This document shows, one piece after another, positions 49,012 through 57,795 of a stretch of DNA of 64,000 nucleotides. Numbering within the stretch: position 1 is the first letter of the stretch; the number at the start of each line of letters is the position of its first letter. Below the pieces are notes generated by a model that saw only the letters and a program-made list of their open reading frames with translations, did no database searches and was not told the origin of the DNA. The position numbers and the translations under genes are program-made. Origin of the DNA: Candidatus Harrisonbacteria bacterium (GTDB lineage: Bacteria; Patescibacteriota; Minisyncoccia; UBA6257; 1-14-0-10-40-38); NCBI GenBank assembly GCA_023245035.1, contig JAHFLD010000003.1, forward strand, positions 55,736 to 119,735, given 5' to 3'.

Positions 49012-49854
49012 ATGCTGGCTGATCGCAGGGAAAAGTTCTGGATGCTGGGAGTATTGGTTCTTATGGGCTTGGCCGCTTGGCTGTGCCTCAAGTCCAATAA
49101 TGTCTCTAATAACTCTCCGGTTTCGGTGCTTACGGGCGACGAGTCGCGGCAAAAGATTGCCGCTCCGGTTTGCGGACACGAGTCGCTGATCGGTGAGTTG
49201 CGCGGCAAGATCGCTGATCTTGAGCGCCAGCTCGCTGAAGAAAAGGCGTTGACTCGCAAGTTCCTTCTCGAGAGCCTTGAGGCCAAGAAGGAGCGCGATG
49301 AGGCGCTTGCGGCATTGAAGGCCGTTCGGAATGCCGAGGGTGAACGAACAGAAAAGACAAAAGATCGCTTCCGCGATCTCTTGGACGGCTTGAACGCGAT
49401 TAAGGATCCCGCCGAGCGCGAAGTCGCAAGATTTCGTTTGAAGCGTGATCTGGAGGAGCAGTTCTGGCCGTTGCTCGTGGCGTACGGTGATCCCCTCAAA
49501 GCTCTCGATGTCTTTGGGCTTGTAACGAGCATCAGAGATTCGGGAGAGGTTGGGGGAATCACGGTGGAGAGTCTGGCAAAGGCCGAGGGTGTTACCGCCC
49601 AGCCGGAGACTCAAAGCCCGCTTGTGGCCGACATCCGCCGTGTTGGCGGTGTCCGGCAGTACTGGGAGAAACGGATGGACGAGATCTTCGAAGGCCGAGG
49701 CGCGAAAGCGATTTCGGATATGAGGAACCTCTATCCACTCCCCGAGGGAATCAAAAGCCCCAGCGAAATGATTCCCCTCGAAGACCCAAGGAGCATCGCG
49801 AGACGGGATTGGCAATTGCGCAATCCATTCCCGCCTTGCTTCTGGGAGGACTGA
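49012..49854 (+). CDS. Hypothetical membrane-anchored coiled-coil protein
   Basis: GGGAGG SD, TTGACA promoter at 48921, N-terminal TM, heptad-rich region. Confidence 0.65.
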   Translation: MLADRREKFWMLGVLVLMGLAAWLCLKSNNVSNNSPVSVLTGDESRQKIAAPVCGHESLIGELRGKIADLERQLAEEKALTRKFLLESLEAKKERDEALAALKAVRNAEGERTEKTKDRFRDLLDGLNAIKDPAEREVARFRLKRDLEEQFWPLLVAYGDPLKALDVFGLVTSIRDSGEVGGITVESLAKAEGVTAQPETQSPLVADIRRVGGVRQYWEKRMDEIFEGRGAKAISDMRNLYPLPEGIKSPSEMIPLEDPRSIARRDWQLRNPFPPCFWED

Positions 49855-49871
49855 ACCTGAGGAGGTTCTTC

Positions 49872-50216
49872 ATGAGGATCCTTTCCGCTCTTCTCGTCGT
49901 GGGATTGCTCGCGTCGTTCGCGAGCGCCCAAACCTCGTCCATCCGCATCGCTGGATCCAACGGTGGCCACACCGCCACCTTCTCCGGGTCCACCAGCACG
50001 ACTCCGGGGAGCGCGCTCCTCGGCGTGAGTGGGACGGTCACCATCGATGGCACCGTCTACACCCTTGGCACGCAGCTGCCGGGGATGGGCGGCAGCAACC
50101 CCGAACGCGGTATTTGGTGCTACAAGTGGAAGCTCTCCAATGGAGAGACGTTTACCTTGTGGCGAGGTTGCTCCGGCGGAACCGGCGGGTTCGTCGGTAC
50201 CATCAAGCTGACCTAA
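49872..50216 (+). CDS. Hypothetical small secreted Gly/Thr-rich protein
   Basis: GAGGAGG SD, Sec signal peptide ending ASA-Q, two Cys; strong terminator after it. Confidence 0.7.
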   Translation: MRILSALLVVGLLASFASAQTSSIRIAGSNGGHTATFSGSTSTTPGSALLGVSGTVTIDGTVYTLGTQLPGMGGSNPERGIWCYKWKLSNGETFTLWRGCSGGTGGFVGTIKLT

Positions 50217-50262
50217 GGGTTGGCTGACGCTCTCTTGGAGACGTCCAGGAGTAGCGACACAG

Positions 50263-50304
50263 GCCCCCGACGCGATAAAATCGCGTCGGGGGTGTTCTTT
50301 TTTT
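50263..50304 (+). terminator. Intrinsic terminator
   Basis: CCCCCGACGCGAT aaa ATCGCGTCGGGGG, then a T-rich tail. Confidence 0.75.
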
Positions 50305-50385
50305 AAAAGTGCGGTGGACTTGGCGAGATTTTCTGAAATAAATGACAATTTGCGATTTGCCTGAATTAAAGTAGAATATACCCAC

Positions 50386-52746
50386 ATGTTGCGACGATTG
50401 TTGGGGATTTTTGGTACCCGGCCGACCGGACAGGCCGATGTTTCTTTGATTAACGCCCTGGAGCCCGAGTTGCGGGATTTTTCCGGTGAGCGTTTACGGG
50501 ATGAGAGTAAGAAGTTGGCTGATGAAATCAAGGGTGTTGCCGAAGAAGGTTTGTTTGCCGAACTCACGCGACATTTGCCGCGAGCTTTTGCCTTGGTCCG
50601 CGAGGCGGCGCGACGAACGCTCAATCAGCGTCATTTTGATGTTCAACTCATGGGCGGCATGGCTTTGTTTGAGGGAAAGATTGTGGAGATGCGAACCGGC
50701 GAGGGAAAGACTTTGGCCGCCACCGCGCCAGCTTATCTGCATGCCTTGGCTGGTCGCGGAGTTCACGTGGTAACCGTCAATGAGTATTTGGCCAAACGTG
50801 ACGCGGTTTGGATGGGACAGGTTTATCACGCGCTTGGCCTTTCGGTGGCTTGCTTGGTGCACGAGGGAGCTTTGATGTATGACCCGCATTATCGGATCGC
50901 CGATGCCGAGGCCCGAGCCGCGGATGTCGCGCGGGACGCGACCGGAGCTTTTTTGGTTCACCAGGAGTATCTGCGCCCGGTTTCTCGGCGCGAGGCTTAT
51001 CTGGCGGATATTACTTATGGCACCAATCATGAGTTTGGTTTTGATTATTTGCGAGACAATTTGGCATATTCGCCGCAGGCGCAGGTTCAGCGCGGACACC
51101 ATTACGCGATTATTGACGAGGTGGATAGTATTTTGATTGATGAGGCGAGAACGCCGCTTATAATTTCCGCGCCGGATCAAGAATCAAGTTCTTACTACAA
51201 GACCTTTGCCCGCTTGGTGGCTAACTTGGCGCCGGCAGAGGATTACACGGTGGACGAAAAACTTCGTTCGGCCGACATTACCGAATCGGGAATCAATAAA
51301 GTTGAGCGAGCGCTCAATTTAAAAAATATTTTTGATCCGGAAAATTTGCGCCTGACGCACTATTTGCAGGAAAGTTTGCGCGCCAAGGCCTTGTTTTTAA
51401 AGGATCGGGATTATGTAGTTAAGGACGGACAGATTGTGATTGTCGATCAATTCACAGGACGATTGATGGTTGGCCGGCGTTATTCGGGCGGTTTGCATCA
51501 GGCGATTGAGGCCAAAGAGGGCGTTTTGGTTCAACAGGAATCCCGAACTTACGCTCAAGTTTCCATTCAGAATTATTTTCGTCTTTACCGCAGGTTGGGC
51601 GGCATGACCGGCACGGCGCAAACCTCGGCCGAAGAGTTTGATAAGGTTTACAAGTTGGAGGTGGTGACCGTCCCGACTCATCGCCCAATGGTTCGTAAAG
51701 ACGAGCCGGATCTGATTTATAAAAATTTAGAGGCGAAGTACGCGGCGATTATCGCCGACATTCGCGCGCGACACGAAAAGGGCCAACCGGTTTTAATCGG
51801 CACGGTGTCCATCGAAAAAAATGAAGAACTTTCAAGGCGGTTAACTCGAGCCGGTTTGCCCCACGAAGTTTTGAACGCCAAAAATAACGAGCGCGAGGGT
51901 TCGATTATTGCTCAGGCGGGGCGAGCGGGAGCGATTACGGTCGCGACCAACATGGCCGGGCGGGGAGTGGATATTATTTTGGGCGGTAATCCACCGGAGG
52001 CGCAATCGGCGGAAAAAGTTAAAACTGCCGGTGGCTTGCATGTGGTGGGCACGGAGCGGCACGAGTCGCGGCGTATTGATAACCAGTTGCGGGGGCGCGC
52101 GGGGCGGCAGGGCGATCCGGGCTCGTCGCAATTCTTCCTTTCGCTCGAAGATGACTTGATGCGAATTTTTGGCGGTGGACGCATTAAGGGACTAATGGAG
52201 CGGCTTAACGTGCCGGAAGATATGCCAATTCAGGCGAATCTTCTGAATCGGGCTATTTCACAGGCGCAGGCCAAGGTGGAGGGGGCTAACTTTGATTCAC
52301 GAAAGCATTTACTGGATTATGACGATGTCTTAAACAAGCAAAGGACGGCGATTTATAAGAAGCGACAGGAGTTGCTTTCGGCCAACGTTCCCCAGCCGGT
52401 ACTGGGCGCTTTGGATATGTTTTGGATGAATCACCTGGAGGATATGGAGGCGCTGGCGGAGTCGGTGCGGCTTCGGGCTTATGGCCAGCATGATCCACTG
52501 GTGGAATATCGACGCGAAGGGCATGGATTTTATCAGACCATGTTGCGAAATTTTGAGGAGTGGCAAATAGAAAACGCGGAAAAACTCGCGGGGTTACCAA
52601 CGAATAACGAATCTGGCGCGAACCTTTCTCTTGCGTCAACCCTAAACCCTTTACCCTCAACCCCGAAATCAGATACAAAGCGCAACGATCCTTGCCCCTG
52701 CGGGAGCGGGAAAAAGTTCAAGAAGTGCCATGGGCTAAACCAATAA
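50386..52746 (+). CDS. secA: Protein translocase SecA (compact)
   Basis: MRTGEGKT, DEVDSILIDEARTPLIIS, ATNMAGRG.DI, QLRGR.GRQGDPG, SEC-C RNDPCPCGSGKKFK.CH. Confidence 0.98.
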   Translation: MLRRLLGIFGTRPTGQADVSLINALEPELRDFSGERLRDESKKLADEIKGVAEEGLFAELTRHLPRAFALVREAARRTLNQRHFDVQLMGGMALFEGKIVEMRTGEGKTLAATAPAYLHALAGRGVHVVTVNEYLAKRDAVWMGQVYHALGLSVACLVHEGALMYDPHYRIADAEARAADVARDATGAFLVHQEYLRPVSRREAYLADITYGTNHEFGFDYLRDNLAYSPQAQVQRGHHYAIIDEVDSILIDEARTPLIISAPDQESSSYYKTFARLVANLAPAEDYTVDEKLRSADITESGINKVERALNLKNIFDPENLRLTHYLQESLRAKALFLKDRDYVVKDGQIVIVDQFTGRLMVGRRYSGGLHQAIEAKEGVLVQQESRTYAQVSIQNYFRLYRRLGGMTGTAQTSAEEFDKVYKLEVVTVPTHRPMVRKDEPDLIYKNLEAKYAAIIADIRARHEKGQPVLIGTVSIEKNEELSRRLTRAGLPHEVLNAKNNEREGSIIAQAGRAGAITVATNMAGRGVDIILGGNPPEAQSAEKVKTAGGLHVVGTERHESRRIDNQLRGRAGRQGDPGSSQFFLSLEDDLMRIFGGGRIKGLMERLNVPEDMPIQANLLNRAISQAQAKVEGANFDSRKHLLDYDDVLNKQRTAIYKKRQELLSANVPQPVLGALDMFWMNHLEDMEALAESVRLRAYGQHDPLVEYRREGHGFYQTMLRNFEEWQIENAEKLAGLPTNNESGANLSLASTLNPLPSTPKSDTKRNDPCPCGSGKKFKKCHGLNQ

Positions 52747-52814
52747 TTTATTTCTAAATTATTGGTCGCTCGAACATTTTGTGGGACGTTTATCAGAATT
52801 TTTTAGGGAGAAAT

Positions 52815-52955
52815 ATGAATATTGTTATGGGAAGCAAGGACGAGAAGTTTTATAGAATTGTCGTGAGCGACGTCGGAATCTATTCGGCAGTTGATCGTGG
52901 CGATACGGCGCGAGAGGGGGAGTTACGCCAAAAACTTGAGCAGTGGAGTTTTTGA
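52815..52955 (+). CDS. 46-aa hypothetical protein, not in the ORF track
   Basis: AGGGAG SD; MNIVMGSKDEKFYRIVVSDVGIYSAVDRGDTAREGELRQKLEQWSF. Confidence 0.35.
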   Translation: MNIVMGSKDEKFYRIVVSDVGIYSAVDRGDTAREGELRQKLEQWSF

Positions 52956-53024
52956 AATCCCTATAGTAGAAATCAGGGAGTGAATTTTACCTTCCTTTAG
53001 GATTGGTGGCGCTCGCCTTGTAGT

Positions 53025-53903
53025 CTAATCGCAGAAGCAGAATTCCGGCTGGACGGCTGTTTGACCGCAGGTGACTGGAATGGAGGTGTTGGCAACTGTG
53101 ACGCCGCCGGTGGAGCACTGCAGGCCGTGCGCCGAACAGACGCTGGTACAGGAGGTCGCGCCGAAGATGGCAATGACTTGATAACCGCGGCCGCCGCCGT
53201 CGTAATTGGCGGCTTCGTTTACTTGACCGTTAACAATGGAGTAATTATTCAAATAGAGACTTTTCCATTGGGTGCCCGAGCTGCCAAGATCGTAAAGCGG
53301 CGGGGTGCCGGCTGGAATAAGATTGGAATCAAAAGTTGCGGCCGAGACACGGGTGGCGGCGGAGGTTACTTGGCGCTGGGCGCTGTAGGCGGGATTGGTG
53401 GTGTTGTATTGCAGGGTGATGTTGATTTGCACCAGGTCGTGTCCGGGAGGGGAGCTGAACTTGGTATAGACCAAACCTCCGGCTGGAACGGTAACCGCGT
53501 CGGTGGTAAGTACTCTGGCGGCGGGGAAATTACATTGAGCCGGATCGGTTAGCGAGGCGCCTTCGGCGATCTTGATGGCGCCAAGCTCGGCGTAAACGCA
53601 GGTTGGATCCTTGAGGCGATCCTTCATCCGAAGTTTGAGGACGTTGCGAGTCGTTCCGGTCTGGGCGTCATTGTTGCTAAAATCGTCGTTAACAATGACC
53701 GCGCTTGATTCGCGCACCAACTGTTGGATTCGTTGCATAGACAAGTTCAGCTGGCTGGTGACTTCGCTTGACGAAGATTGGCGAACTTGCACTTTGGTTG
53801 CCGTGCTTAAAATATTGGCGAAGAGAGTTGCCATCACGGTTGTGATGCCCATGTAGATTAATAGTTCCAGCAAACTAAAACCGCTTTGGTGGTTGGGCCT
53901 CAT
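53025..53903 (-). CDS. Type IV pilin-like protein with a Cys-rich C-terminal domain
   Basis: G^FSLLELLIY prepilin cleavage/methylation motif; C-terminal 'SCTSVC..HGLQC...C....FCFCD'. Confidence 0.85.
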   Translation of the reverse strand: MRPNHQSGFSLLELLIYMGITTVMATLFANILSTATKVQVRQSSSSEVTSQLNLSMQRIQQLVRESSAVIVNDDFSNNDAQTGTTRNVLKLRMKDRLKDPTCVYAELGAIKIAEGASLTDPAQCNFPAARVLTTDAVTVPAGGLVYTKFSSPPGHDLVQINITLQYNTTNPAYSAQRQVTSAATRVSAATFDSNLIPAGTPPLYDLGSSGTQWKSLYLNNYSIVNGQVNEAANYDGGGRGYQVIAIFGATSCTSVCSAHGLQCSTGGVTVANTSIPVTCGQTAVQPEFCFCD

Positions 53904-53930
53904 GGGGTTTGGCTATTATTGTAGCATATT

Positions 53931-54542
53931 TCAGACGGCTGTCGGATCAAAAAAGAGGATGCTGATGGTTTTAGCCAGAATTTTCCAGTCAAGGGCGAGC
54001 GACTGTCTTTGCAGATAATGCTGGTCGAGGGTTAACTCTTCCAAAAATTTTAGTTTTGAGGCGCCGTTGACTTGAGAGAGTCCGGTCACGCCGGCTTTGA
54101 CCAGGACCAAGTGGGCGTATTGCTTGGGGTAGTGGACGACTTCTTCCGGTTCGTGGGGTCGGGGGCCAACCAGAGAGAGTTCACCGCGCAGAACATTCCA
54201 AAGTTGAGGAAATTCGTCCAGGCGGAATTTACGAATTAGTTTTCCGGTCTTGGTAAGACGAGGATCGTTTCTGATTTTGAAGAAGGGCCCGTCCCCGCGT
54301 TCGTTTAAGTGGCGCAGAGATGGCTTTAGCAGTTCGGCGCCGTCTACCATGGAGCGGAATTTTAATATCCGGATGGTTTTCCCGCGACTGACTCGATTTA
54401 GTTTCACCAAAATCGGGCCGGGAGATTCAATTTTTATGGCCAGGGCGATGAAGGGAGTCAGCGGTGCTATGGCGAGCAATCCCACGATGGCGCCAGCAAT
54501 GTCGGTTAGCCGTTTTAGGGTGTGATACATCTTTCGGTTCAT
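53931..54542 (-). CDS. Polyprenyl-phosphate sugar (phosphoglycosyl) transferase
   Basis: KR..DI, KFRSM, DPR.T..G..IR..RLDE.PQL.NVL.G.LSLVGPRP, G.TG..QV. Confidence 0.93.
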   Translation of the reverse strand: MNRKMYHTLKRLTDIAGAIVGLLAIAPLTPFIALAIKIESPGPILVKLNRVSRGKTIRILKFRSMVDGAELLKPSLRHLNERGDGPFFKIRNDPRLTKTGKLIRKFRLDEFPQLWNVLRGELSLVGPRPHEPEEVVHYPKQYAHLVLVKAGVTGLSQVNGASKLKFLEELTLDQHYLQRQSLALDWKILAKTISILFFDPTAV

Positions 54543-54562
54543 CACATGGTATCCTATTTTGC

Positions 54563-55681
54563 ATGAAAGTGGCACTCCTGCATGATTATCTAAATCAATA
54601 TGGCGGGGCCGAGCGGGTTCTTGCTGAATTGTTAAAAATCTTTCCCCGGGCCTCGGTTCATACGTTGTTGCATGACCCAGAGCGGGTGGGGAACGATCTA
54701 GCGGAGCGCGTTTTTTTGCGCCGAGGCCGAGCCAGTTTGCTTGATTTTGCCTGGATTCGTTCACATCACCGACTTTTTATTCCTTTGATGCCGTCTGTGG
54801 CGGAGCGGATGCCGCTTGCCACGGATTTGGATTTGCTCGTTTCTGACAGCGCCGGATTTGCCAAGGGGATTGGCGCCCGCGCCATCGCTCGACTAGGGCG
54901 CAAGCCTTTTCATGTTTTGTATTGCCACACGCCTTTGCGTTATGCCTGGGAGGCCAGATCTTATTTCGCAAACCGATTTTTTACCGGGGTTTTTGCTCCG
55001 GCTTTTAATTTTTTGCGAGAGTGGGACTTGGCGATGGCGCAGAGGCCGAATGTTATTTTGGCTAATTCCAATTTTATTGCCGGTAAGATTCAAAATTATT
55101 ACCGGCGCGAGGCGGTTACGCTGTATCCGCCTTATGACCCGGAGCGTTTTTATTTTGATTCCACGGCAACTCGCGGAGATTATTTTTTAGCAGCGGGGCG
55201 ACTTTTGGCTTATAAGCGCTTTGATTTGGTTCTGCGAGCTTTTGAACTTTTGCCGTTTCCGCTCGTGATTGCCGGAGCCGGACCGGAGCTTGGAGCTTTA
55301 CGAAAGTTGGCTTATAAGAATTCGCGAGTCAGCTTCGCGGTTTCTCCGACCGACAATGAGTTGCGCGGACTTTATGCCGGAGCCAGAGGCTTAATCTTTC
55401 CTAATGTTGAAGATTTTGGCTTGATACCGGTGGAGGCTCACGCGTGTGGGACGCCGGTTTTAGCTTTTGCCGGCGGTGGCGCCTTGGAAACCGTCATCCC
55501 AGAATTGAACGGTCTGTTTTTTAAGGAGCAGACGGCGAAGTCGCTCGCTCAAGCGGTGCGGGATTTGGCGCTAATTGATTTTTCGGCCAAGGAAATCGCT
55601 AGAACGGCCAATCGTTTTACGCCGGAGCGTTTTAGGGCCGAATTTACGGCTCGTTTGCCTCGGGATTTGCGTTCCAACTAG
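54563..55681 (+). CDS. GT4 family glycosyltransferase
   Basis: KVALLHDYL...GGAERV, YCHTP.RYAW, GRL..YKR, EDFG..PVEA.ACGTPV. Confidence 0.92.
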   Translation: MKVALLHDYLNQYGGAERVLAELLKIFPRASVHTLLHDPERVGNDLAERVFLRRGRASLLDFAWIRSHHRLFIPLMPSVAERMPLATDLDLLVSDSAGFAKGIGARAIARLGRKPFHVLYCHTPLRYAWEARSYFANRFFTGVFAPAFNFLREWDLAMAQRPNVILANSNFIAGKIQNYYRREAVTLYPPYDPERFYFDSTATRGDYFLAAGRLLAYKRFDLVLRAFELLPFPLVIAGAGPELGALRKLAYKNSRVSFAVSPTDNELRGLYAGARGLIFPNVEDFGLIPVEAHACGTPVLAFAGGGALETVIPELNGLFFKEQTAKSLAQAVRDLALIDFSAKEIARTANRFTPERFRAEFTARLPRDLRSN

Positions 55682-55705
55682 CTTTTGTGTACAATTGCCT
55701 CTCGT

Positions 55706-56518
55706 ATGACCGAGAACCCAACTACTACTTCGCTCAAGACGGAGGCCGCCGATCAAGCCGTGCTTCAGGACTTTGAGTTGATGGCCAAGGCTGGTATGAT
55801 TTACGGCCGAAAAAAATCCAAAACCAACCCCAAGATGGCGCGGTATATTTTTGGCATTCGAAATGGAGTCCAGATTATTGACATCGCCCAAACCGCTCAT
55901 TTAATCAAAAAAGCCGGAGAATTTTTGCAAACTGCTCTTAAAGATGGCGGATCGGTGATGCTGGTCGGAACCCGGCCGGCTTCCAAAGATATTGTTAAGG
56001 CCTTTGGTTTGAAATTTGGCTTGCCTTACGTTGAGGAGCGATGGCTCGGCGGGACGCTGACTAATTTTGAGGCGATTTCCAAACGATTGAATTATTATCT
56101 CGGATTGAAACAGGATAGCGCTTCCGGTCGTCTGGAAAAGTATACGAAGAAGGAGCGGATTTTGCTGGAGAAAAAAATTGAGAAGCTGACCAAGTTTTTT
56201 AGCGGACTGGAAAAATTTACCGAAAAACCCAAGGCCCTTTTGGTGGTTAATCCGGTTTATCATATAACCGCTGTTCGCGAGGCTAATCGTTTGAATATTC
56301 CGGTGGTGGCGCTAATGAACACCGATGCGGATCCGGATCGGGTTGTTTTTCCGATTCCGGTTAACGACAACTCCAAGGCCAGCATCCAGATGGTTTTTGA
56401 TCGGCTGGAGACTTTTGTGGCGGCTGGAATTCGCGAACGAGCGGCGCGTCCGGTCATGGCGAATTTGACCAAGCCCTCAGGCGGAGCCGTTGGTATGGCC
56501 GGAGGTTTAAAACTTTAG
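55706..56518 (+). CDS. rpsB: 30S ribosomal protein S2
   Basis: AG...G......NPKM..YI, RNG..IID, RWLGG.LTN, AV.EA..L.IP, IP.ND. Confidence 0.96.
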   Translation: MTENPTTTSLKTEAADQAVLQDFELMAKAGMIYGRKKSKTNPKMARYIFGIRNGVQIIDIAQTAHLIKKAGEFLQTALKDGGSVMLVGTRPASKDIVKAFGLKFGLPYVEERWLGGTLTNFEAISKRLNYYLGLKQDSASGRLEKYTKKERILLEKKIEKLTKFFSGLEKFTEKPKALLVVNPVYHITAVREANRLNIPVVALMNTDADPDRVVFPIPVNDNSKASIQMVFDRLETFVAAGIRERAARPVMANLTKPSGGAVGMAGGLKL

Positions 56519-56594
56519 CGGTTTTTGTTTTGCGAGGCGGTTTTGCTATGATTGATTCGGTTGCCGGAGTTTTATAATTTTTTTATATTAAGGC

Positions 56595-57035
56595 ATGACA
56601 AATCAAGTTCAAGAATTGCGGACACAGACCGGAGCCGGAGTGATGGATTGCAAGAAGGCGCTTGAGGATGCCGGTGGAGATCTAGCTAAGGCTTTGGTTT
56701 TAATTAAACAGCGCGGTTTGCTTAAGGCCGAGAAAAAAGCGGAAAGAGTTACCAGCGCCGGTTTGTTGGAGTCTTATATTCACAACGGACGGGTTGGTGT
56801 TTTACTGGAATTGCGTTGCGAAACGGATTTTGTGGCGCGAACGGATTCGGTTAAAGAGCTGGCTAAAAACTTGACTATGCAAGTTGCGGCGATGGGTGCC
56901 ACGAGTGTCGGTGAACTTTTACTCCAGCCGTTTATTCGCGATGCCTCAATGACGGTGGAGATGTTAGTTAAAGGCGTGGTGGCCAAGGTGGGGGAGAATA
57001 TTCGGATAGAGCGTTTTACGCGTTACGAACTTTAG
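56595..57035 (+). CDS. tsf: Elongation factor Ts, short form
   Basis: LR..TGAG.MDCKKAL, EL.CETDFVA, GENI.I.RF.R. Confidence 0.96.
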   Translation: MTNQVQELRTQTGAGVMDCKKALEDAGGDLAKALVLIKQRGLLKAEKKAERVTSAGLLESYIHNGRVGVLLELRCETDFVARTDSVKELAKNLTMQVAAMGATSVGELLLQPFIRDASMTVEMLVKGVVAKVGENIRIERFTRYEL

Positions 57036-57041
57036 CACCCC

Positions 57042-57371
57042 ATGTACGAATTCATTCTTCAGCTTCTAGTTTTTTCCAGTTTGAGTTTTGCTATCTATAT
57101 TTTGGCGCGCGCTTTGCCGCGAGTAAATTCAGAGGAGGATCGGGCGGCCGCTTCCGGGAGGCTTGATCGAATTGTCGCTAAGATTCCGTTTCATAAGATC
57201 GACGTTCAACTGACCTCTTTTTTGGAGAAATTTTTGCGGCGGGTTAGGGTGGTTTTGCTTAAAGTGGATAACCTGCTTTCGCATCATGTCCGCCGTTTAC
57301 GGGCGAGCAAGGAGGAGCAATCTTCGGAGAAGCGTTCCGGTCTTTTTGGCGGTGATAACAAGTCGGAGTAG
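57042..57371 (+). CDS. Conserved hypothetical single-TM protein
   Basis: Follows tsf; TM then 'ARALPR', 'EKFLRR.RV..LK.DN'. Confidence 0.7.
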   Translation: MYEFILQLLVFSSLSFAIYILARALPRVNSEEDRAAASGRLDRIVAKIPFHKIDVQLTSFLEKFLRRVRVVLLKVDNLLSHHVRRLRASKEEQSSEKRSGLFGGDNKSE

Positions 57372-57415
57372 CTTGCTGTTTTGGTTATTTTTTCTTACAC
57401 TGGTTACTGTTCTCT

Positions 57416-57499
57416 GGGCAGGTGGCAGAGCGGTCAAATGCACGTGGCTGTAGACCACGCGCCCTTGTGGCTACGGGGGTTCGAATCCCTCCCTGCCCA
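57416..57499 (+). tRNA. tRNA-Tyr(GTA)
   Basis: GGGCAGG/CCTGCCC stem, anticodon arm CGTGG-CTGTAGA-CCACG, long variable arm, TTCGAAT. Confidence 0.94.
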
Positions 57500-57795
57500 C
57501 ATCTTTCTTGTTTTTTTGTGCGTACCTTTGTTGCTCGTTGTGTTTCCTGCTAAGCAGGATATGCCTTGATACTGCTTAGCAGATTACTCACTCGCGCCTC
57601 GGTTCGCGCAAAAAAATATCAAGAAATCTTCGGGGTTAAAATAAAATTTATCTAGTTGGATTGGGAGGGTGTTTTTCGCTTCGGCTGGATGTTGTCCGGC
57701 GAGCTTGCCTTTCTCTGCTTATTTAACTTACTATTGGCCTAGTTCTTTTAGCTCGTTCTTTGACACGATTCTTTTTACTAAGGAGATCTTTTCGA

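Noticed and set aside
48904-50624. Long minus-strand ORFs (303, 297 and 223 aa)
   Set aside because: Shadow frames of the GC3-rich plus-strand genes, which have the SD sites, signal sequences and terminator.
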